Source of the DNA: Epiperipatus broadwayi
Taxonomy: Eukaryota; Animalia; Onychophora
Assembly (NCBI GenBank): GCA_028023455.1
Contig: JAQFVV010000007.1
Span: 13,392,001-13,456,000, forward strand
Reading direction: 5' to 3'
DNA length: 64,000 nucleotides
Made by a program: the position numbers and the translations under genes. Of the stretch, positions 54,656-64,000 are shown in pieces. Each line of letters starts with the position of its first letter. Positions within the stretch are counted from its first letter, which is position 1. The notes under the pieces were generated by a model that made no database searches, was not told the origin of the DNA, and saw only the letters and a program-made list of their open reading frames with translations.

Positions 54656-54991
54656 TTGACACCAGTATATAAAAGGAAATGTAATTTAGGTATTATGATA
54701 AGAAATAGGAATGTTGAAAACATGAATGGTATTTATAAAATAGAATGTTTGGATTGTAAAAAAGAGCATAAAGATGTATCATATATTGGTACAACAAAGA
54801 ACAAATTAGAAACAAGATTGAAACAGCATTTGAGAGATAGGAATTCTAATGTAAATATACATAGTAAGGAAGTTGGACATACAGATTTTAAGATTAAAAT
54901 GTTGGAGGGGGTTAGATTATATAAAGAAAGAATGGTAAAAGAGAGTTTGTATATAAAAAGATATAAACCTGTTTTAAATAGAATTGGATAA
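54656..54991 (+). CDS. Penelope-type GIY-YIG endonuclease domain, 5'-truncated but open to its stop
   Basis: GIYKIECLDC...SYIGTTKNKLETRLKQH...IHSKEVGH...KESLYIKRYKPVLN: GIY, YIG, R, H, E and N residues plus CCHH motif. Confidence 0.85.
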   Translation: MTPVYKRKCNLGIMIRNRNVENMNGIYKIECLDCKKEHKDVSYIGTTKNKLETRLKQHLRDRNSNVNIHSKEVGHTDFKIKMLEGVRLYKERMVKESLYIKRYKPVLNRIG

Positions 54992-55303
54992 GACATGAAT
55001 AAAGGATTATTTTTGGAAATAAATTCATTTTTGAAGTATATAAGAAAGAAAAAGGAAATAAGATTTTATTGTAACAATTGGTTTTTTGGATAAAAGAAAA
55101 TGTAAAAAGGGAAAGTTTTTTGAGAAGGTATTCAAGTAAGTGTGGTATATGTTTTGTGTTTTTAATTTAATTGATTTTAATGTATTTTATTTATTTTTAA
55201 ATTTTATGAGGTTTATATGTTTTATATTGTTTTTGATTATTTTTGTTTTTTTGTTTTTTTGGTTTTATTACGTGAAGTTTGTTTATAATGTAATGTTTTT
55301 TCT

Positions 55304-55352
55304 AGATCCTTAAAAATGACTATAGAATAAAGATAGTAGAAACGTTGGAAAT
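55304..55352 (+). ncRNA. Hammerhead-like motif, U3-A8 variant (right arm; G5 and C11.1 mutated)
   Basis: agatcc TTaAAAA T GACTAT agaataaag ATAGTa GAAAC GTT ggaaat; palindromic AACGTT stem III. Confidence 0.55.
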
Positions 55353-55688
55353 AAGTGGATATATATATATACAGCAAATAAAGTTTTTGAAAAGAAAAAA
55401 AGTGGTTTTAATTATAGAATTATATGGCTATATGTACTGTATATTTTTGAAAAGAAAAAAGGATTGAGTCGTGATTAGAAACAGAAGTAAATAGATTTAT
55501 GTTTTACATGTAACTACATTTTTATAACGTGTCTTCTTAGAAACAAATATTTTCAAATAAAACCTAATTCTAATCATTTAAAATATTTTATAACTTTGTT
55601 CCATAAAAAAGCTTAAATATATAAATTATTAAAAATTACAATTTTTTATCTAGTGTAATAAAACATGTTTTGAAAAGCTTGTGCCAAA

Positions 55689-55975
55689 TAATTTACCAAT
55701 CATTGTTTCACAATGCTTTAATTAACACCCTTATAGTTTCAATTACCCCAGCAAAATTTTCTGTTTATATCTTCAAAATTGAGTTTGATTGCCCCAGAAA
55801 TCTTCTTCAGAACTTTCTTTTTATATCTTCAAAACTCAGTTTTGAAAATATAAAAAGAAAGTGCTGAAGAAGATTGCTGGGGCAATTGAAACTGTAAAGG
55901 TGGTAATTTAAACATTGTGAAACAGTGATATGGTGCATAGATGATTTAATATTATATTAATTTACCAATCACTGT
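55689..55975. repeat. Local direct-inverted-direct rearrangement with central hairpin
   Basis: 55787-55833 and 55695-55755 pair with 55843-55935; an 18-bp direct repeat (taatttaccaatcaytgt) lies at both ends. Confidence 0.75.
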
Positions 55976-58033
55976 AGCTGTCAATTTCTTTGTATTACAA
56001 TACAATCAATCAGGCATTATTGACTTGCTTTCATATTTAAATTTATGGTGATATTTGTAGGAGGTCTATATGGGGCTGACATTTTCCTATTTTTTTAAAC
56101 TAATAATTTAAGAAATAATTTTAGTGCAAAAATGTGTACAGTAAATTAACATTATAGATTAATAACAAAATAGCAAAGAAAAGTCAAAAGTGTTAACCAC
56201 ATCATAACACTACAAAAGTCTCAAGATTTATGAGAAAGTTGCTGAATTTCCTTGAATGCATTGAGATGCTTTCTTGTCTAAATCATGAGTCATGACATGA
56301 AATGTAACAGTATGCTTTGGATCTTCATATGTCATCTGCATTTCTTTCTCCACAATCTCAATAAACTTGCAAAAACCTTAAAAATATGATTGTGACACAT
56401 AGCCTCACTGCCACACATAATTTGAATCATTTCAAACGTTTCAATAACAGTTTTATCCAAATGAAAACAAAATTTAATATTTTGCATTATTACATAGAGA
56501 ATTATGTACTCTCATATTTTATGTCATATTTCATAAATCCACATATACTAATGCATAAAATGTTTATAAAGAAGAACTTTGAACATATTAATGCATCAAC
56601 TGTGCTTTGATTGAGAGTTGCCATTGCAGGCAGATTGGAAAAAAAATCAGTCATCAGTTGTTGTTTTCTGAAACACACTGTAAAATAGCTAATTATAATT
56701 GCTTTTGTTCAATCATTTAATTATTGCATAATTTTATTAAAATATGAATTTTATATTGTCAATATCTTGTGGAAGTACTTACATCAAAGAACTTGTTTTG
56801 AATTCATGACAATATTATACCCAGATAAAGAACATCTTGGGCTAGTCCTGTCATTACATTCAATCGATTACTAGTTGATTCATCAAATTAGAATTATTGT
56901 TTGAAAATTATCAAATTTTTTTAGATGAAGAGCATTAAAACAATGTAAAATTATTCCTTAATTAAACATGTAAAACAAATGGACAATAGTAGATTCTCTA
57001 TAAGATTATTTTATTGTGAACTTGAGTGTGAATGTCTTTGGAGATGTCTATGTTGTAAGGATAATCTCAAAGACATTTTAAAGATGCACAATGTGAATTT
57101 TTGTCATTGGTAAAATATAAAAGAGAATGGAATGTATAACAGACTACCACTAGACATGGTATTGAAGTATTTCAGATAGAAAAGGTTCCTGCTGAGGAAG
57201 TTAAAAGTCAAGATCAAATATAACAAGTAAAGAGACAAATAGACCAGCATGTTCTATATATAAACATATTTGTGAGTCACAGATTGATTTGTATAGTCAT
57301 CACAAAACTTACTTCTACAGTAGCTTTCTCTCTCTCTCTCTCCTTCCCTTTTTTTTCGAAGTTGAAATGGTAATACTCATTTTTAGGTTAGTATTTATTA
57401 TTACTATTACTGTTGTTGTTGTTTCCCTAAATCTTTTAATTTTCATAAAAAAAGAAAATAAAATCTCAAAGTAAAATGTTATTGTGATTAAGGATTCTTT
57501 TGATAAATTAAAAATAATCAAATCGTTTATTGCTTTGGGAGTTCCTAAAATATCTGATCACTGGAAATGATAGGCCGGTCATTACCCATGGATTTGATAT
57601 TCAGAGTCTGCCATATTGCACCAAAAAATTTAGAATTTTTAAAAAAAATTAAGTTCAATGCATATTTGGTTTATGAATAAACAGATAAAGGATAAATCTT
57701 TAGTTAAGCCATTTATTTTGAGAATCATTTTTATAAAACCATATTGCGGTTAGATTTTAAACCAGCTTGGGGGAAATTTGAACTGTTTCGTTTTTGCATT
57801 TTTCTATGTATTATAAATATATGAATAAAATATCAAATGTGAAAGATTAACATAAAATTGAGGTCATTAAAATATATAGTTATTGGCATAATGACAAATT
57901 ATATAACTATATAAGCAAATTCGTTTGGGTTCAAAATATTTACAATTGTTTTAATTTTGAACTTTTGGTTTGATAATGCACAAAAGTTAATAGTCACTGC
58001 TAGATATTAAACTAACTAGTTTTGGCTTTATTA

Positions 58034-58110
58034 CAGATGAAGCCCATAAATCTGAAACTAGTCTTGAAATAAGGATTTGATAGTACAGCTATTGATTCCT
58101 CAAGTTTACA
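58034..58110 (+). repeat. Degenerate copy of the ACTAGT hammerhead family
   Basis: cagatgaagccc...tgaaactagtc followed by attgattcctcaagtttaca...atggc, matching the family 3' part. Confidence 0.55.
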
Positions 58111-58548
58111 ATAGATGGCTCTGGAATGAAGTGAAGAACTATATCTGAAAAATGTAATAAATATAGAAATGACATGTGAAGAAGAATATTGGTTAAGTAA
58201 ATTTTAATAAATGCAATGCAATCAAAATAACCAATAAGCTTTTTAAGCAACCAATCATTGTTAACTTTCTTTATTTTTTATTGCAAAAGCAATTTTTAAG
58301 ATATTATTTACTGCAAAAACAAATCTTAATTTTGCAACTATAAGATAAATAAGTTCATAATAATAATTTATAAGATAAAATTAATAGAATAAAACATAAG
58401 AATAAAATTATTGCACAGGAGTTTATAAGAAACTTCAATACATTCTCTTCCTCTTTCCTTTTTTATTTTTGCTTTTTTTATATAACATATAATAACATTT
58501 CACTCTCCTTACACTTTAAAGCAAAATGTATTTATTTATTCTTTACAC

Positions 58549-59180
58549 TTTCAACTGTTCCTAGTAGTCTTCATCAGATCTAAAAAATTTAAACATTACA
58601 TCAATACAACCATATTTCATACATATATCTATTATAATCTTACAATTTTATCAACTTAATTATTAACTTCACTTTATTCATTAAACTTACTATTCCATTC
58701 TATAAGTTTTAACTTTTTAATTCTATTTTATCCTTTATTTTTCTTACTTATTTTTATTCTTAATTATTATCATATTTATATTTATTCACCTTTTACCTTT
58801 GCCATAATTTTAGAAATTCAATATAATATTTGTGAAATCTTTCTTATATTACTATATTCATATACTTAACCTTATTTTTCATTTTACTTTTTTCTATGTA
58901 TTGTCTTAATTTTTTTATTATCTTATTTCATTTCTTAATTCCTTTTTTATCCATATTTTATTCCTGCTTCTTTGATTTACTTAAATTTTATAAAATTGTT
59001 TTTTTTTTTTTTAAATATTTTTATATGTATTTTTATTTTTTATTTCTTACCTTATTCTCTTTTTCCTCCACTATTTTCTGTATCCCATCATTCTTCCTAC
59101 TTTCTTTTTTTATATTTATATACAGCTCCCTTCATTATCTATTATACAATTATATTTGAATTACTGTTAATGCCCTGATG
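58549..59180 (-). mobile_element. Possible degraded Penelope-like 3' end with a hammerhead-like core at 58549-58577
   Basis: Strongly purine-skewed minus strand with IKEAGIKYG-like remnant, ending CTGATGA a GACT..AGTT GAAA. Confidence 0.35.
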
Positions 59181-61541
59181 GAAAACAATGGCATAAGTTC
59201 TTAGTATTTTATAGGGATTCAATTTACTTAGTTGCTTCTATGAAATGATGAATGACATTATGAAAAAATATTATCAGAATACTTGTACATGCAGCAGTTA
59301 CCTAGCATTAAACAAACAGAATAAATAAATGCTTGATTATATTATTTTTATGAAAATAATAAGTAAATAAAATATATAAAACATTATAAATATAAAAATG
59401 ATGATTATTATACAAAAGCAATGATTCCCTTCCATCCATTGACCACACATTACAAATGAAGGGATCATGGTAAAATGCACTTTTTAAAAACACACACACA
59501 CACACTTATCTCTCATATTAGTTCATCACATACATAAATGCTTACTAGCCTTTTTGATAGGATAAGAAGATGCCTCACTATTTCTATTCTTTTTCCACTT
59601 TGGTTTATATGATAATCCCAATATTTAATCCCATACCTCACACTATAAACTTTTTTCCTAAACAAATTTAATTAATGCCTCGCACCAGCAGATATCATTT
59701 TAGCTGACAAGAATTTGATGTAATTCTCTATACCAGAGTGACTTGGATTATCATTATTTTACTAATATATGTTGTAAAAATTGATCATTCTAGCAAATGA
59801 ATCCAATATTGACAACATTAAGAAAATCCTTTATCTCACTTTTTCCACCTATTTTTATTCAATGTTTGATTCTACATGTAATCAGTTTTTATATTCAGAT
59901 TTTGTTATTACCATATACTATAGATCTTTTAATGAATAAAATATTTATAATAAAATAGTTTATCAAGTTAAATTTATTTGCAAACTAGAGTGGATAACAT
60001 ATCAAAAAAGGAGTCATTAGAAAGCAGTTATATAAGAATTTCATATTACATACACACACACACAACATTTAGTTAATCTTTACATTCTGAAAGAACAGTT
60101 ATGTCATCAGACAATCTTCTCCTGTCAGCATGAAATTATGATAGTCAAAACAACATTCATATAACAGCTAAGCTAGTAAATATCAAGAAACATATGAGAT
60201 TAGGCAGATAAACTATGGCATACTTCTTTCTTTACCTATCTTCACTGCAAAAAATAATTCAATCTCACAAATATCTCCTAACTCGTTTTCAAATTATCTA
60301 TTGGAGACATTTTTTTTTTCGGTTTTTTAAGCTTCCAAAATATCCAACTAAGAATATCAGTTTTCCCTATCATATTTCATTTCAAAATAATAGAAACTAA
60401 TTTTAATCTTTCTTTTTCTTTACACATCTTTTAACGGCAGTTCTCATCACATCAGTTGTATCACTTTCCTTACTTATCATCAAAATATTTAGCGCGTCAC
60501 TATACATTTTAAATATATTGTTTATTAATTATATAAAATTTGTTCAATCCATAATTTTATTGATTTTTTTTTTTATTAATTTTTTTGATTTCGGTTATAT
60601 ATTTTGATGATGTTTTTTTCTGGTCAAACATTAAATTATTATAAACTGTTACATTTCTAGGTAATATTATTTCAAATTAATAATAGGTAACTTTCGCGTA
60701 GTTTTAGTTATTTATTTGCGATTCGTTTATCAGAGACGAGGGAAAATACAAATAAACGCATTACCTTTCTTTAAATCCTTTTTTCTCAGCTAAACGTAAT
60801 TTAGTTTTGTTAGTTATATTTTTCATTCTAATTATTTATATTTTATTATCCATTTTGTCTCTTTAGTTTTCTTATTTATTTCAGGAAATTGCATAGTTTG
60901 ATGGATTGAATACAAAGGGTAGTGTCTGCTTTTTAATGCATTCCAATCATAGCAGGTTTTTCCTTCCTCTTATAAATTCATTTTTTTTTCCACTATTCAA
61001 AATTCACGTAGATTTCAGTTGGCTGTTATTTTCACAGCAGGAAGTTTGAGCCATTTTAACTCCTAATATGTTATAATTTTGCAAAACTATAAATCAGATT
61101 TTACTAGGGCATTTACAGATGTCAAAATTCTGAAAGACAGCAATGCCAATTCAAACTTTTTATTATTCTATTAGAGTTCTCTTTTAAATTCTTTTATGGT
61201 GTTATCAAGTTTTCATGCACCCATAAAAAGCAATATAATCCCCCCTCTTTTTTTTTTGAAATGTATAATTATTAGAACTGTATATTTATTCAGATGTCTG
61301 AATATATGTATATATGTGCAGAACTTAGTAAATTTGTAAGTATATCCTTTGAAATTATTCATTCATTATATAGAATGAATTCTTGGCATCATGACAAAAT
61401 GCACATCTACCAATCACAACCCGTTATTGAAACTCGGGCCAAAAAAAAAAAAAAACCGTTAAATCGTTTTCCAGGTTTAATCAGTCTTATGAGATTTCTG
61501 TTAAAAAGACTTTTTATAACCATCTCCTTAATTCTTTAAAT

Positions 61542-61770
61542 ATCGTCATCATCATTTTCAACATTATCAATCCACTGCAAATCACTGAAAGTTTGGTCAG
61601 TTACTACTATATTTAGTCCTACCTTTTATCTCTCTTCAGAACCTCACTATAGTATTTTTTAATTTTATTAATCTATCTCACATGTGATCGCTTTCTAGGA
61701 CGTTACAATCTTCTAGAATTTCTGTTTAAATCCTATAGTCCATCTACATTTAACTTTTCTAAAAATGTGT
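61542..61770 (-). mobile_element. Degraded RTE LINE 3' fragment
   Basis: atcgtcatcatcattttcaacattatcaatccactgca...atctatctcacatgtga. Confidence 0.7.
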
Positions 61771-62796
61771 TCATGGTTTTAAGGATAATATTAATACTTG
61801 TTTCTGATTTCATTCACACAATACTATTCAGGAAATGGGCATTCAACATTTTTTCTTATGAAGGTAAAGCAAAATGAAATATCTCAATTCTCTTCATCTC
61901 AAAATTGAGAATCCCCATGAGTAATGTTGTTTTTTTACTGTTTCTGTATTTATGAAGAGTGATGGTAAGATCTTTGATTTAAGAAAGTAATATAAAGACT
62001 GATTTAGTTCATCCTGAAAAGCATTAAAGTATTCTGTGCAGTATTTACTGTTTTTTTAAGTCTTTATGTGTTAATTTACTTATTATAAAACAAGATGTGA
62101 AAATTGATAAACCTAATATTGCAAATTAAGAGTAACCTTTACCTGGATAAGTAATGGAGAAGGTATTGCAGTGATAATAAGATTTCTCTAAAATTATAGT
62201 ACTTTTATACATACACATAAACAATGAGCTGTCCAAAGAAAATGATGTAGCATTATGAAAATAATTAGACTTGATCTAATTGGTATATGACACATTGTTT
62301 AATGTAGTCAGTCACATTCAAATTGCTGCAAGAGTACAGGTTCAAAGGAAGCATCTAATAGATTGTGCTTTATAATAAAATGAAAGATGCAGTAGAAAAA
62401 TAATTTAGTAATGTTACAATCTATCCAATATCTAAATATATCCAGAAAAATGTGCATCAAAACAAAATTCCTGTGAATTGCATCACTTTTAGTAAAATAC
62501 CTATATTTCATTTAGTATATATATTTGCCAAAAAATGAAAAATACTTACAAATGGCATAAATCTGGAGTGTTTAAAATATTTTAGTTAGTGCTTTAGTAT
62601 ATGATCTGCATAATATGTAGTTAAATTAATTTACCATTGTTATCTGCCAATGAAAATAAAGAGACTGGGACTTGATTGTATCATTAATATTCAGCATCTT
62701 ACTGGTTAGTCCAAGATAAATATATAACAATTGCATTACTTTTCTTATATACTTATTCAATGTATCATCTTGGTCTTATTGTTGTATTATTTGTTT

Positions 62797-62829
62797 ACAG
62801 TTTTGACTATCCAGCAGTCTTCATCAGAG
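62797..62829 (-). ncRNA. Degenerate hammerhead-like core, same type as 58549-58577
   Basis: CTGATGA a GACT gctggat AGTC aAAAC (G12 to A). Confidence 0.35.
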
Positions 62830-62855
62830 CTACAATATATGTAAATATATAATAC

Positions 62856-62887
<32 letters not shown>

Positions 62888-63241
62888 ACTAAAATAACAA
62901 ATGTAATTAATTATATTACATACAGTTTGTGTACAATTTTATATTTACATATCACCATTGTTTTCACTATAATAAATTAAACAATGTAGGTTATCATTGC
63001 TTATGCAAGGAGAAAACAAAAAAAAAAACAATTTTGAATTTTATTGTAGCACTATCCTCTAGGGTTTAGTTATTAATCAAGCTTATTACTAATAACTTTA
63101 TAGTAATCTAAATATGACAAGTTATAGCTACTATAGCAATCACTATATATATAATATAAAAAGTTAAACAAACATCATCCAGTATATGTTTTGGAAACAA
63201 TGTCATTTGTCAAATGCTTAGAGAGCAGTCAATCTACACAT

Positions 63242-63255
63242 TAGAAAATGACCTT

Positions 63256-63291
<36 letters not shown>

Positions 63292-63304
63292 AGGTCATTT
63301 TCTA
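63242..63304. repeat. Perfect 18-bp inverted repeat enclosing a (TA)n run, followed by another (TA)n
   Basis: tagaaaatgaccttaaat (ta)n atttaaggtcattttcta. Confidence 0.95.
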
Positions 63305-64000
63305 TATATATATATATATATATATATATCATTAAAAGCCAGTCAAGACTTAGACAATCCCAGTATTAATAACAATCAACAATTTCAAACTGTAGTCAAG
63401 GCAACTTCCTTTCAATAAACATGAAATCCCTCCTTTATATTGAAGCAGACACATTGTTTCACATATATATTTTAAAGATTTCTTTCCCTACTCAGTTAAA
63501 GCAGTTTAAATTTAAAATAAAAGTGATGAGGCTTAGTAAATAAAAATGTAAATAAAGAAGCAAGTGACAGTGAATTAAAATCAGTTTTCCAATTGTGTTA
63601 TGAAAACAAATAAATAAAAAATGTAAAATGAAGAAAATATAAAAGAAGCATTTAATTAATAAATATTTATCATTAATTGATAAATCTTCAATTTAAACTA
63701 TAGCAAATACAATTTATTTTAGAGCTATATGTTTTCAGATTTAAATGTAAAAACACTTAAAGATAGCATCACCTTCTTGCCTTGGACTTTTAATCAGTTG
63801 TTTTTTTAAAAACATGTTGGTAGATGAAAAAATGTGGGAAGCAGAAGAAATAAAAGGAGCAGCTTAATTAGATAAGCAAGATACAGTGACAGTTACAGTA
63901 CAATCAGTTATTAGGATAGTCAAGAGTGAGACCTGTTGAAAATTGTAGTCATTGCTACACAATTTGCTAATTTTTGGAATTCTAAAATAAACCAAGTTGG

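Larger units (their letters stand above)
53811..55427. mobile_element. Penelope-like element 3' portion as a head-to-head palindrome (arms 53811-54575 and 54661-55427, 85-bp spacer)
   Basis: Arms ~765 bp, roughly 95% identical by eye; each encodes a GIY-YIG domain and carries a hammerhead-like motif; no RT in the window. Confidence 0.88.

Noticed and set aside
56755-56950. ISCGSTYIKE resembling a decayed GIY-YIG
   Set aside because: A single short motif amid stops; insufficient support.

Overview
Very AT-rich, CpG-poor eukaryotic (probably invertebrate) DNA dominated by transposable-element remains; no host gene can be called with confidence and there is no rRNA or CRISPR. The main structure is a nest of two Ty3/Gypsy-type LTR elements, neither with reverse transcriptase. 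Element A (6046-23577, ~3.7 kb LTRs, ATAT target-site duplication) carries a degraded gag plus protease. Element B (17129-22917, minus strand, two 1698-bp LTRs) is inserted in A's right LTR and carries a Gag fragment joined in frame to integrase. The rest of the window holds seven RTE-like LINE 3' fragments, three short tRNA-Gly(TCC)-derived SINE-like copies, and a 1.6-kb head-to-head Penelope-like palindrome encoding a GIY-YIG domain. It also holds three hammerhead-ribozyme-like motif families (one with an apparent U3-A8 core variant), several foldback/MITE-like palindromes, microsatellites and a few CpG-retaining patches. Alignments, identities and RNA folds were read by eye, not computed.
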